From Atractiella rhizophila (lineage: Eukaryota): a stretch of 64,000 nt of DNA. Shown here piece after piece: positions 12,216 to 25,149 of this stretch. The stretch spans positions 1 through 64,000 of the forward strand of contig MU271198.1 in NCBI GenBank assembly GCA_021432655.1, written 5' to 3'. The position numbers and the translations under genes are program-made. Position 1 is the stretch's first letter. Each line of letters starts with the position of its first letter. The notes beneath the pieces are model-generated. The model was not told where the DNA came from and did not search any database. It worked only from the letters and a program-made list of their open reading frames with translations.

Positions 12216-15200
12216 TCAAGAAATCTTCATAAAACTGAATAGTGCACCCATGTCCACAAATCTTCGTCCACATCTGTCAAAATGCTTCTGCACGACCGAG
12301 CGAATTTGTATCAGACTCTCCTTGTTGTGCTCAGAGAGGGCATAGATCTCATCTAAATGGGCTTGTCAACCAGAGTGCCATAGACAGGAGGAATCATACC
12401 AAATTTTGGACTGCCCTCAGCTTTTGTCCGCGCTAGTTCAAAATCGAAGAGGCGATCATAGAAAAGAATTTGATTGTATAAAGCAGAGTCAGAATACTGT
12501 TCGCTGGTCAGAAAACTGGCGTCAAAAAGAAAAAAAGAAATGTACCTCCGCCTGCATTGAGCCTCGACAGCCTTTTTGCAGACAGCGCGTCGGGTACACA
12601 CATACCATCCGTGTCCGATGACCACAGCTCGCGTCATCACACACGAGCCAAGCTTCATAAAGTCTGTTGACATGACTGCGGATCTGCAAGTCAAGCTGGA
12701 CCATGATTGATGGTACTGGCAGAAGCTGAAGGCAATCCTCTTGAGGGCATGTTATACCAGACGCTTTGGTATGATTTGTCTATGAAGCCATGAGGACTGT
12801 GTTGGAATATACGGAATTCAGCCTACCGAAAGGTTGTGAAAACCAGTGAAATCAAAGGACTGTCGACAATAGCAGCATGTAAGGTTCAGAGGAGCAGCAT
12901 CTTTGAATCGCTCTGCATCCGTGATCTGGGATTCGAGAGTTTGGAACTCTCTCTCTACTTCTTCCGTTGTAGTTGTTAGGCGGAAACGATTAGGATCCAG
13001 ACCTGCAGCATCCGTTGAACTCATTTGCTCAGGTGAAGGCTCAGTTTACCCACCGAGACATTCTGCGATTCTGGTTCTGTCCGTACCCGCGATAGGGTCG
13101 CATAACCTCTCTAGCGGGGGAAGAACTTGATTTGATAAGTAATACTCGTAATCTGAATCACCACGTCAGTGTTAAAATTGTAATTTTTGCCAACATACCA
13201 ACGATAAGTTCTGAATCGACTCGCCGAACGTCATCCGGATGACGAGCTTTAGCTGCTTGTCCAGCTTTACCTTTCTCTGTCCCGTCCTCAATCGTGCAGA
13301 AGACGTATGGAATGACATCCCCAGCTCGAGCCGTTTGTTTCTTCTCTAGCATTCTTTTCGCTACCTGGACATGAGGGAGAGATTTGGCATCTGGATATTC
13401 ACTCGGATTTTTTCCCAGACGCTGACATGGATAGGTGAGTACACTTGTTAGAGGAGATCAAGATGGTACACACTTTGAAAATCACAAATTCCTCCAAATC
13501 GATCTCGCCTGCTCGAACGCGGGCACTTTCAGTCCTCAAATATTCATGAATCTCCTCAACAACGACTTCGGTCGGTTCTCCAGAAAGAATCTTGTCGAGA
13601 GCGAATCTAGATAACGCATTAAGTGGGAATCCATTAAGCCCAACGACTTACTGAGAGAAGCTTTTGGACAGCGCACAATATTCCCTGCGTTTCATATCCA
13701 ATCCTTTGACCTCAATGGTCGCTTCCCCAGCATCATTCAACTTCTTTGCGGCATACTTTTTCTTTTGCAAAAGAAGCATCCGTTCAAACACAGCATCGAT
13801 GTCAATTTCCAGGAGCGTGTAGCTGTCATTAACCTTCTTCTTGAACTCGTTCCCAATTTTATGAGCTTCTTTGAAGCTAGTAACGTTTGTGTTGATCATA
13901 ACGGAATCGGTGTCTCCATAGATGACCTGTGGAGGACTCAGTAATGCGCTCGTGGGTAGGGGACTCCCACCTCAAGATGAAGACTCTCAGCCAGATCTCT
14001 TGTATTGGTAAGAATCTCTCGGCCCTTTGAAGTGGTCAAAGCTGCCAGGGGTCGGGCGTAGAAGCGAGAGCCCTCAAAACCCAGACACCCGTACATCGAG
14101 TTTGCTGTCAGCTTGAGGGCAAGTTGCCGGATATCCCACTTTTCCTGGAGTTAGCAATAGAAGGCATTTGAGAGAGAAACATACCTGTAGTAACTTGGCT
14201 TTATTCGATTTGTCCTTCATGAGCTCTTTCACTTTCCGCCGTCGCCGAACGAGGTTGGCGATGAGACGAGGGAGGACCCCCTGTGAAATGTCGGAAGAGG
14301 GGACGTCAGGCAGCTTGTCAACGTCCTCGTCCTGGTGTGATGTCAGCTCTGGCATCGGATAATGGAGAGAGAGAGCTCACGTCGACTTCGGACCGATCAA
14401 CGGTTGTAAAATCGATGTTGAATTCTTGGATGATACTTGGGTATAATGAATTGAAGTCCATGACAAGGATGAAGGTATCCCAGAGACCTCTCTTCGGGTC
14501 GAAAACTAGACCGCCTTTATACTTGTCTTTCTTGGCTACCGCGACAGCTTCTTTCTTGTCCTCGCCCTCGACGGTTTCGTCCCTCGTCTTCTCCTTCTTA
14601 GGCTTGGGTTGAATTCCTCTCACTTCCCATCTCGACAGCTTATCGGGACATATGTACTTCTCCTTATGGAATTCATGAAGGAGAATGTACTCATTCCGTT
14701 CTGCACGACCTCCATTCAGCGTCTTGTTAGACAGCTTATCGGGACATATGTACTTCTCCTTATGGAATTCATGAAGGAGAATGTACTCATTCCGTTCTGC
14801 ACGACCTCCATTCAGCGTCTTGTTCCATGAATTTCCCGCCAGATTGGTCAATTGCTTGGTGAGAGGTAGGAGCTGAACTTTGGACGCTATCGCCATTTGA
14901 AAATAAGAGTCGGCTTCACAATGCTTGACAAATTGAAGCAGCTTCGATGGAGGCTTTGAAGCGTCGAAGTAATCGGGAGTATCATCCGGATCGATGTCCT
15001 CTCTGGACACTCCTAAGTAGGTTTCGCATAGTTCTGTCAAAGACCAAGTGGTAGAAGTGACATGACCCTACAAACTGTCAACCTGACAAACAGTGATCAC
15101 AATGGATATTTACCTTGGACCCATCGCTAGAAAGATCGCAAATCAATCGTCCAGCCAACAATGTGAGGTTTCCTCCTTGTTTAAGTTTGGGGATGACTTT

Positions 15201-17937
15201 CTTGCCATACTGAATGCGACCAATTCTTGACCAATGATCACACTTGAGGTCTTTCATCCTTCCCAGCAAGACGTAGAGCGCATCGCCGCAGAAGTCATGA
15301 CTGAGAATAACGTCAGGATCGTACCGAAAGATAAATGCTGTTGTTTCGTGAGAAGTGGTCAACGCCAGAGCAAATTTGAAGCACCTAACAATGCGTTAAG
15401 CAACATCCTCTCGTTGATAGTAAGGACGAGGCGAGGTTGCCGGCTTTGGGCCAGTTTGTTGAATCCTTCAGGAAAATCCTTGATCAGCGGTCGAATCCAA
15501 GTTTGGGTAATTGAGCGTTGCTTTTCGATGGGAGTGGGATCATCCAGGTCGGCTGGCGAGCTGATTTAGCGAGAAATATCTAGGGGATTAAGCAGCACTC
15601 ACAATTCTGGTAAACTCTGGCAGTAGCGCAGACAATCTCCCTTCGATTCTCTTTATGATTGACGACAGTCCTGATGTTGACACTAAGAATTGTAACTGGA
15701 GGAGTCTCCTTCGTGTGCGTTTCATCGTTTTCGCTAACGGGATTGACATCCTTTGGATCGTCGACCACCACTTCGAGCTTACACCAAGAGAACTAGCATA
15801 CATATGAGATACATCCACAACGGGAAGGGAAACATGCCGGAGAATCATCCCTCGTTCGCATTGTGGGGTTCGTCACTTCCAACCAGCAGGGGCCAAAGAT
15901 CTTGCGCTTCAGAACGAGAAGTTCGAAGGCGCTCTGATTGGTTCCGAATACATCGCTAAACGTAGAACCGGAGAGACTAAGTGGGAGTTGAGGCTCTGTC
16001 TATCAATCAGCAGTTCTCAAGAGAGAAATATGAGGGCCTACGGTCGAAAGGATACTGAACCTTCAGCCAAGTAGTCTCTTTTGGGATATGCTTCTTTTCA
16101 AAAGCGTACTTTCTCTTCACGCCTTTCATCATGTAATTCTTCACGTCATGCCTATCCAATACCGACTCGAACTCTTCTTCAACCTCATCCAGATTCGGTT
16201 CCTCCTCGCCTTCTTTCTCCGTTGCCGCCTGTTTCGGGAGGACGAAGAGGTTCCTCATAATGCCTCGTACCTCGACGCAGCAGCTTCTCCAAGTTCCCTT
16301 TGGTTTCCCATCTTTTAAATCCTGTTCGGCGTCGACATTCCGATCCAGCACCTTGCCAATCAGACGAACGATGCCGTCCTTTTCCTCTTTGTAATCCAAC
16401 CAATAAAATCTCAGCTTCTCTTCTCCACCCTCTTTCTCAAGAGCGTCGATCTCTAGCCCTTCGTGTGCCTTAGGAATGACCAATGCTGCCTTCTTCCCCT
16501 TCTTCTTTCGTTTCAAAATATCAGGTTGCGCAAATTCTTCATCTGCCTCGGAAGACTGAGTCTCTGGAATAGGTTCGCCTTCAGAGGAAGGAGCAAGGTC
16601 GTTGGATGGGACAGCTTCTTCCCAGTGCCGCCCTTTGGGCTTCGCAGGTTTCTTGAGATTTAGTTTCTTGTCTTCGATATGGTCGAGCGCCATCGCAGTG
16701 ATGTCCATATCGCTGATCTTCTTAACGGTAGTTTTGACTGAGGAGACATTGACGAGTTCGCGATCTCTCTTCTTCGCCTTTTCCTTCCTTTCCGACACCT
16801 TAAAGAGCATCTCCTCTTCTTCATCCTTGACTGCAGAGTCAGACCCATTGGGGAGATCGTCGATCAACATGGCTATATCACCATCGTTGTCCATCGGATC
16901 ATCCATTTCCATCCCTACCATACCCTCTAACCGCCTGTCCAGGCCCTCCCCCAGTCCATTCCCATAGGCATGATGGTCCTTCCGCCGCTTCGGTCCCTTC
17001 CCCTCCTCCGCATCGCTCGGAATCTGGAAGTCACTCGAAGGATCAGCGTCTCCAAATCCAGCATCAGACGAAGATGCGTGCTCCGTCTTCCGCTTCCTGG
17101 AGATGGAGCTGTGAGAAGTTGCAAGGGGTCTAGGAGGAGGGCGTTTGGTGACGGGATGGCGTTTGCTCGAGCTCGTGGACGGCGCATCGTCTAATCCTCC
17201 CAAAAGAGATGCCATAAAATCTTCATCTTGTCCCGAGTTTGAAGACTTCTTATTCGGATTCTTGTACGGGTTTTTCTCCAGCGCAGCCGCGGCAGCAGCC
17301 GATATAGGTTGGGGAAGTACCTTCTTTGCTTTCTTTTTGACAGGTTCCTTCCCGGCGATTTTGTTCAAGGTTTTGGATTTTGAAGGACGCGATCCTACGT
17401 GCCTCCTCAACACCTCTTACCCACAAGGATACAGACGACGTACGTTTACTCTTTTCGTCCGACTGGTCATCACTCCCATAATCCACTCCGTCACCATCCC
17501 ACGCAAACTCCATCCCGTTATCCACATACCCACTCCAAGGTTTTGGATTTTGAAGGACGCGATCCTACGTGCCTCCTCAACACCTCTTACCCACAAGGAT
17601 ACAGACGACGTACGTTTACTCTTTTCGTCCGACTGGTCATCACTCCCATAATCCACTCCGTCACCATCCCACGCAAACTCCATCCCGTTATCCACATACC
17701 CACTCCCATCATCGTCTTCAATGAAATCTTCCTCCTCTAATCTACCCTTCACGACAGCTCTGTAGTCCTCGTCATCAAGCTCGTCGTAAATAACATCGGC
17801 TTCGTTGGTCTGATCCACTGAAATTAGCTTGTATATTGTAAACACGCGCGTTTTTTCACCTTGTAATCCCTTTTCCCGCCTTCCCTAGCGGCTTTAAGCT
17901 CTTCTAGACGTGCACGACGCGCGTTTTTAGAGGACAT
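12216..17937 (-). CDS. POL1: DNA polymerase alpha catalytic subunit
   Basis: [19 protein letters not shown], region [48 protein letters not shown], region [20 protein letters not shown]-terminal Cys clusters; ATG at 17937. Confidence 0.97.
14634..14824. repeat. Tandem duplication C, period 96 bp, in frame within POL1
   Basis: 14634-14728, then A14729, then 14730-14824; [32 protein letters not shown] appears twice. Confidence 0.97.
17366..17706. repeat. Tandem duplication D, period 170 bp, within the POL1 5' region and including a 49-nt intron
   Basis: caaggttttggattttgaagg at 17366 and 17536; the match ends at cactcc 17536/17706. Confidence 0.97.
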
Positions 17938-17955
17938 TTCGCTTGGTTGTTTTGA

Positions 17956-17961
17956 ACGCGT
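17956..17961. promoter_or_regulatory. MCB element (ACGCGT) in the POL1/EAF6 divergent promoter
   Basis: Exact ACGCGT about 20 bp upstream of the POL1 ATG; MBF regulation of POL1 is established in yeasts. Confidence 0.5.
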
Positions 17962-18023
17962 GTCGTCGCTTCCTTCTGTAGTCCACATTCTAATCTTACT
18001 TTACTCAAACCACCAGGACTCCC

Positions 18024-18734
18024 ATGAGCAACACGACCATGGCTTCTCCAGCACCTGGTGCAGCAATGCCCAACCAGCCGATTGATCCAGCAATAATGAA
18101 GCAGCGCCTCGGCGAAGCAAGGACGCAACTTCAGAGCGTCCTTGAGCGGAAGAAGAAGATTGAGCGGGATCTGGTCCGTCCCATTCTTTCTTCCCTCTTT
18201 GATCGACTAAAGCTAAAGTCGGTGCTGTAGATAGAGGCGGAAGTTAGCCTTTGGGAGCTCGAGACGCGGTACTTAGAGGACTCCTTGCACCCTCCGCCAC
18301 AGGGGAACAGCTCGAGCCATGCTTTTGGAAACATTGTTAGAGGATACGAAGGTGCGTGTTTCCATAGGAATGTGAGGGTGATAAAGAAAGTGTAGTATGG
18401 CCATAGGGTATGTGAAGGTCCCAACAACGACTGGTAGCCATAAGAAAAAGGCCCAGCAAACCAAGACTCCTGTCGAAGAGACCGACAGACTGTTCTCACT
18501 CTCCTCTTCCACTTACCAAAAGGTGCGCTCGCAATCTTACCTTTCTCTTGCGCGTATGCTTACGGCAGTTGGTAGTCGATACAGGAGAAACGGCCACGAT
18601 CTGTAGGGGCAGAAGAGCCGGTAGGTGACGATGAGGATTGGAAAGATGAGGAAGAAGCGAGAGAGGAAGAGGAGGATCAAGAGGAAGAATATAAGGACGA
18701 TAGGCATAAGAGGAAGCGGAGGAAAAAGAAGTGA
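18024..18734 (+). CDS. EAF6: NuA4/NuA3 histone acetyltransferase subunit Eaf6
   Basis: LERKKKIERDL..IEAEVSLWELETRYL, FGNIVRGYEG, DRLFSLSSST, acidic and basic tail; 4 exons. Confidence 0.88.
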
Positions 18735-21526
18735 TCATTGAGGACAAGTTGGTATGTTTCTGAGTCCTGTTTGCTTTCTGGGATTGTTATTTCTAGCTGC
18801 TGAGGTATGAAAGACATCATGTCTGATCTATTGACTGAGATCCTCAGAACACTTGTGCCTGCACCGTAGTCGATATCTGAGTAAAGGAACTTAGGGAGCT
18901 GTGGTTCGACATTTAGACATTGCGTAGCATGTTTCAGGATGTCCCCTGACGACTCTAAGTCTAATTATTGTCGTCCGTAAATACATGTTCCTTCAGGTGA
19001 GACTCACTCATCAACATCATGTAAAAGCTAGGCAAGGTATTAACCCCCCCATAGCTCAAGTCTGGCGCAACCCTTGTCTCAACCGTTGTAACTGCGGCAA
19101 ATTGCCCCTTTAGGCATCGGATTTTCGAGGTGTTAGGGAATTGGATCTTCTGCTTGATCGCGTTGGAGGCAAAGCGACCAACACTCCTTCGATTTTGGGC
19201 GGGACATTTCTTTAATTATCCTGGCAACCTCAACAAACGACGTAGAAACAATGTCCACCAAACCGGAGGAGCAGCATATGGAAATGGGTGAGGACGGAAA
19301 GGCCCCAGAGAAGGAAAAGAAGAAGAGAAATCGGTCTGTGATTTTTGACTTCTCGCAATCATGTGTTGATTTCGTATTGGCGCTGAACAGGATAAGCGCT
19401 AGCTGTAGTACTTGTAGGAAGAAAAAGTACGCCGGGTTGTTTTGGAGAAAGAGACGATTCTGACAGTCAACTGATCTCAAGGCTCCGTTGCGACAGAGGA
19501 TACCCTTGCGGTTCCTGCGCATCGAGGAACGACGTTTGTGTTTGGGATGGTAAGGCTCTCTCTTTCACAGGATATTCCTCCATCTCAAATGGATTCACAG
19601 GTCTAGCGGTCCCGTACGTCCCTCTGCTCCTGTTGAAGGCAGATGACGTGATACAACTTCTTCTCTGTTTGTCAGGACGGTGCAACGAAGCACAGGCGAT
19701 ATTGTCGAACTTCGAAACCAGGTTGACAGGCTGCAACAAGTAGTCGACTCTCTCGTCCAGGTTACGCAATCTGCGTTGAGCCAGCTCACTGCAACGGTGG
19801 CCGCTCGAAATGCCGCTCCTCCCGCGCCATCGCCCGCTGCCACCATCACTCCAGGAGTGAGTATGGTCTAGGCGGCCTATCCTGTTATGTCCACAGACGT
19901 AAAGCTGATGTTTGATCTGTTGAAGGCACTTGGAACCCGACCGTACGCTGCAAATCATATCAATGGGCACCTCACCCCACTACGTCAAGAGTCCGAAAAG
20001 ATCGACCTCGTTTCTGCTGACTTAGCACAAGCCCTGGGTCATCTGGCATCGTAGTCGATACAGGAGAAACGGCCACGATCTGTAGGGGCAGAAGAGCCGG
20101 TAGGTGATGATGAGGATTGGAAAGATGAGGAAGAAGCGAGAGAGGAAGAGGAGGATCAAGAGGAAGAATATAAGGACGATAGGCATAAGAGGAAGCGGAG
20201 GAAAAAGAAGTGATCATTGAGGACAAGTTGGTATGTTTCTGAGTCCTGTTTGCTTTCTGGGATTGTTATTTCTAGCTGCTGAGGTATGAAAGACATCATG
20301 TCTGATCTATTGACTGAGATCCTCAGAACACTTGTGCCTGCACCGTAGTCGATATCTGAGTAAAGGAACTTAGGGAGCTGTGGTTCGACATTTAGACATT
20401 GCGTAGCATGTTTCAGGATGTCCCCTGACGACTCTAAGTCTAATTATTGTCGTCCGTAAATACATGTTCCTTCAGGTGAGACTCACTCATCAACATCATG
20501 TAAAAGCTAGGCAAGGTATTAACCCCCCCATAGCTCAAGTCTGGCGCAACCCTTGTCTCAACCGTTGTAACTGCGGCAAATTGCCCCTTTAGGCATCGGA
20601 TTTTCGAGGTGTTAGGGAATTGGATCTTCTGCTTGATCGCGTTGGAGGCAAAGCGACCAACACTCCTTCGATTTTGGGCGGGACATTTCTTTAATTATCC
20701 TGGCAGCCTCAACAAACGACGTAGAAACAATGTCCACCAAACCGGAGGAGCAGCATATGGAAATGGGTGAGGACGGAAAGGCCCCAGAGAAGGAAAAGAA
20801 GAAGAGAAATCGGTCTGTGATTTTTGACTTCTCGCAATCATGTGTTGATTTCGTATTGGCGCTGAACAGGATAAGCGCTAGCTGTAGTACTTGTAGGAAG
20901 AAAAAGTACGCCGGGTTGTTTTGGAGAAAGAGACGATTCTGACAGTCAACTGATCTCAAGGCTCCGTTGCGACAGAGGATACCCTTGCGGTTCCTGCGCA
21001 TCGAGGAACGACGTTTGTGTTTGGGATGGTAAGGCTCTCTCTTTCACAGGATATTCCTCCATCTCAAATGGATTCACAGGTCTAGCCGTTCCGTACGTCC
21101 ATCTGCTCCTGTTGAAGGCAGATGACGTGATACAACTTCTTCTCTGTTTGTCAGGACGGTGCAACGAAGCACAGGCGATATTGTCGAACTTCGAAACCAG
21201 GTTGACAGGCTGCAACAAGTAGTCGACTCTCTCGTCCAGGTTACGCAATCTGCGTTGAGCCAGCTCACTGCAACGGTGGCCGCTCGAAATGCCGCTCCTC
21301 CCGCGCCATCGCCCGCTGCCACCATCACTCCAGGAGTGAGTATGGTCTAGGCGGCCTATCCTGTTATGTCCACAGACGTAAAGCTGATGTTTGATCTGTT
21401 GAAGGCACTTGGAACCCGACCGTACGCTGCAAATCATATCAATGGGCACCTCACCCCACTACGTCAAGAGTCCGAAAAGATCGACCTCGTTTCTGCTGAC
21501 TTAGCACAAGCCCTGGGTCATCTGGC
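18572..21526. repeat. Tandem duplication B, period 1479 bp (EAF6 last exon through the Zn2Cys6 gene 5' part)
   Basis: 18572-20047, then atc at 20048-20050, then 20051-21526; differences seen at 18629, 19227, 19608, 19611 and 19622. Confidence 0.97.
19251..20047 (+). pseudogene. 3'-truncated duplicate of the Zn2Cys6 transcription factor gene (DNA-binding domain and coiled coil only)
   Basis: Matches 20730-21526; ends at junction B. Confidence 0.85.
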
Positions 21527-24500
21527 TGTGTCACAGGTGTACGCTTCTCCTCTCTCCATCCCTGGTCTCACTCAGCAGCTTACGCATGATATTTCAGTGC
21601 CGGATCAGTACGTGTGGAAACGGTGCCCTCGAACTCTGCTCTCCTGGCGGAGGCCATGAATCTTGTCGATGCAGGCAAACGACCGTCCCAATCATCAATG
21701 GGCTCTCATGCCTTCCGCTCGGTCTTCCCGTTTAGCGAGACCGCAACCATGGCCCAACTTCTCAAAGTCTTTCCGAATGCAGAACAAGCAACTTCTGCTG
21801 TTACATTTTACCTTCGGGCCTTGGATTGGTATCTTCATCCGATACACCTTCCGACGATGAGGGAACAATGGCTCAAGCTCTATCAAGACATCAACGAAGG
21901 AAGGGAACCGGACGCTCTCTTCCTGGCTACATTCTTCGCCATTTGTGGGATGGGTTTGGCCCAGATGCCCATGGATAGGTGATTTTCGTTACATCCTTTG
22001 TAAACCGTTTCCTGACCATGTATGCAGAGCGGCAAAGGATGGGTTCGGCTTGGATAAGGGAGAGTTAGCAAATAAGTGGCTGGAAGCGTCAGCTCATGCC
22101 TTGGCCATCGGAAAGGTGAGTTTTAAGTCAGAAAGCACATAGATGTTCATCGCAGGTTAGTTCCTGGATCGGCCAAATATTGAAGCGTCAGTTTTACTTT
22201 GCTAAGGTGGATAACAAATGCCAAAGAATCATTTACAGAATTCGCGCCATTATTCTTTTGAACAGTTATTCTACCTTCATCTCCCATGGGGAGAACGGGG
22301 GCAAAGGCGGGTCTTCATTCTGCATTCAAACCAGCTTGGCCTGACAAAATGGGTGAAGGGATGGGGCTGTTAAGCTTAGGAGTGCAGATCGCGCATCAAC
22401 TCGAACTACATCGAGATCCCGATAACTTTCCTGGCAGGTTTAATCCAGTCGAAGCTGAGGTGCGTTTTGCTGTGTAAAGTGTGGTTTGCGGCCTAAGCTC
22501 CTGTAATGAAGGACCGACGGAAACTGTTTTGGAGTTTATTCACCATGGACGTCTACGCAAGCTCGGCGTTAGGTTGGTGAAGTTTACCCCTCCACTTCCA
22601 TTTCTGAATCTAGGCAAGGTCGTCGGTGGTCGTTGTTCAACTTAGATACAATCGACACCAAATTCCCGCAGGATCTAGAAGATGATGAGCTTACCACAAC
22701 TGGCATCAACCACAATGTCTCCCTCTCAAATGCCGACAATCGCACAATGACGTCTCTTATTATACGGATGAAGATTGCAGTCATTGCAAAGAAAATTGTT
22801 CGTCCCGTGCTCCCGCCCGTCACCACCTTTGAACTCACTCTGCCTGTGGCCAGACTGATAAAGCATTTGGGATCAAACCTGTTTCATACTCGACGGTGCT
22901 TCAGCTCGACTCAGAGCTTTCAGAAATCGAGCTGCCCCCAATATATAGACTCGCTTGGGATGGCGTCGAGATAAGAGATCAACCTGCTCTTACTGGAGAG
23001 GCACAGGTCAGTTTCCATCTTTTTCGCTTAGGCTTCCGCTTAATCTTGCATACGAAGATCTTGGCTCTTCGCAGATAGTAAGCAATGCGTCCATTGTCAT
23101 GCCTCTTGACTGACCACTGTCCAGCATGATACACCTGTCACTAGCTCAAGAAAGATTACGGGCATGTTTCCCTCTCATTATCCAGTTTTAAGGAATAACA
23201 AAACTGAATAGCTCCATCGACCTTTCCTCGTAACTGGTCTCTCTAACAAGGACACATCCTACTCTCGGAAGACCTGCATAACAAGTGCACGTATCATCCT
23301 TGCATTAGTAAGCTACCTTCTCTTCTGTCTGCAAAAAAGCTAACGAGCCGCAATCCTATCAAGCAACGCAGTCCTTCTTTCGTTTTCTGGGCTTCAGCAG
23401 GGATTGTCTTCAAGTCTCTCACAGCCGCCATCGCACTCAGTTTAGAAATCCTCCGTCAGCATTATTCCATCTCTTACCTTGCCCATGCTCACGTCATCCA
23501 TCAACAGAAAACCCAGATTCAGCAGACGCAGATGTCCATCGTCAAGAAGTCCAGACAGCCATGCGACTAATCGAGCTCTACGTTGATGAATCGACCATAG
23601 CTCGGAAGGGAACGAAAGTGTTAAACTGGCTCGTCGCCAAAGATCAGGAGAGGCTTCAAAAGCGTGGGGTCGCTAATCCAAAGAAATACCCTGACCAAAA
23701 ACCCGCGAACAAGCGTCCTCGAACGCAGACTGCTGACGATGACGCTCACTCCAACACCGAATCGAGCGGTCTTTCAAGCCCTCCCAGCGATACCACATCT
23801 CCACCTGCGTTCACCTCCAATCGCTTCAATCAAAACCCAGCTTCCAGCAGCACCGCAAAAATGCCAGCAACCAGCACAGTTTCATCAAATTTATTTGGCG
23901 GGGTTCGTGCACCAGAAAGGCAATCGTCCGCTGGACTAGCGCACAACCGGTTTGGAGGCGGGAGCATTTGGAGTGGAATGAATATGATGATTGGACAGAA
24001 TGCAGAGATCGATTCTGCTTTTACGAGGAAAATCAGTGCGACCGAATGGCAGAAGTCAACCCCTGCTCAAATGGAGACCAACAATCGACTCGCGGGCTCA
24101 ACAAACGTCTTTGATTCCCCTTCGCCGTTCCGAGCTGACTCGTACAGCTTTACCAATGTGCCCCCCATCAGTGGTGCTGGCATTGGACCATCGCGACTCA
24201 ACACAAGCAATCTTCCTTCAACCGACGCTATCCCTACAACCACCACAGATCCCTCCAAGCCTTTGACTTCTTCGCCGAACACTTTCATGGGCGTGAATGT
24301 GGCGGATTTCGGGGAGTCGCCAATCTTCAACCTCCATCCGCCAACTCCTGTCGTTACTACTCCATCCGACCACAATAGGAATTTAAGTAATGCCTCTGCT
24401 TCAGGAGCCACTTATGGTCCATTCGGGGGAACGTTTGTGAGTGACGACGCGACAATGTTCAATTTTGGAGGCGAATTGGACGATGTCAACGCCGGATTGG

Positions 24501-24625
24501 ATGGCATGGACTGGTCGAAGATGTTTCCTCAGCTGACAATGGAAGAATTGCAGGCGTTCCAATTCGATAACTTTCAGGTGCAACCAGGTGAACAGGAAGG
24601 CTTGAATCAAGCTAGCTCGGTGTGA
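20730..24625 (+). CDS. Zn(II)2Cys6 transcription factor with fungal-specific TF middle domain
   Basis: Spliced CSTCRKKKLRCDRGYPCGSCASRNDVC; coiled coil ELRNQVDRLQQVVDSL; LELHRDP, RRKLFWSLF, DTKFPQD, RLHRPF; Ser/Thr-rich and acidic C-terminus. Confidence 0.92.
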
Positions 24626-25149
24626 TTCTGATGAAGACGGGATGGTTTCGGCGCGCAAAATCTCGACTCCTTATCGACATAGAGTGGTTTGGCCATCCTT
24701 TAATCGTTTGCTTCCGTTCCTTTTGTTTCTGCTTTGCTGAGGTTGTCCATTTCTCTTCTTCTTGAGACTGAAGCACAGTTACGTCTTGTAAACTCATGAA
24801 TCGAAATAGTGTGTAACGAACTGTGTAACGAATGTCTGCATGAAAAGGATATTGTTTTGACCTAGTTCTTAAACCTGATGATTGGAATGACAAGCAGCAT
24901 GTTTAGCAAGACAACAAGGAATCAAATTGCATGGCGTTTTAAGAATAACGTGAGCACCAATAGCAAGGACAATACTTTTGTGGGCAAGTGCCTGAATAAT
25001 TGGATACGGCAAATAGGGTGGTGTCGTTAAGACATTGATGAAGAGTAACGGAATAACTTTTCATACTCAAGCGTAAAGCTTCGGTTCAGGAGGAAGCTTC
25101 CAATCCCCGGAATATTTATCGTCCACAAAGAGTCGTAATGGCTCGCGGA

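Noticed and set aside
24810..24832. 12-bp direct repeat tgtgtaacgaa(c) x2
   Set aside because: Two copies in a 3' region; ordinary slippage, with no spacer structure
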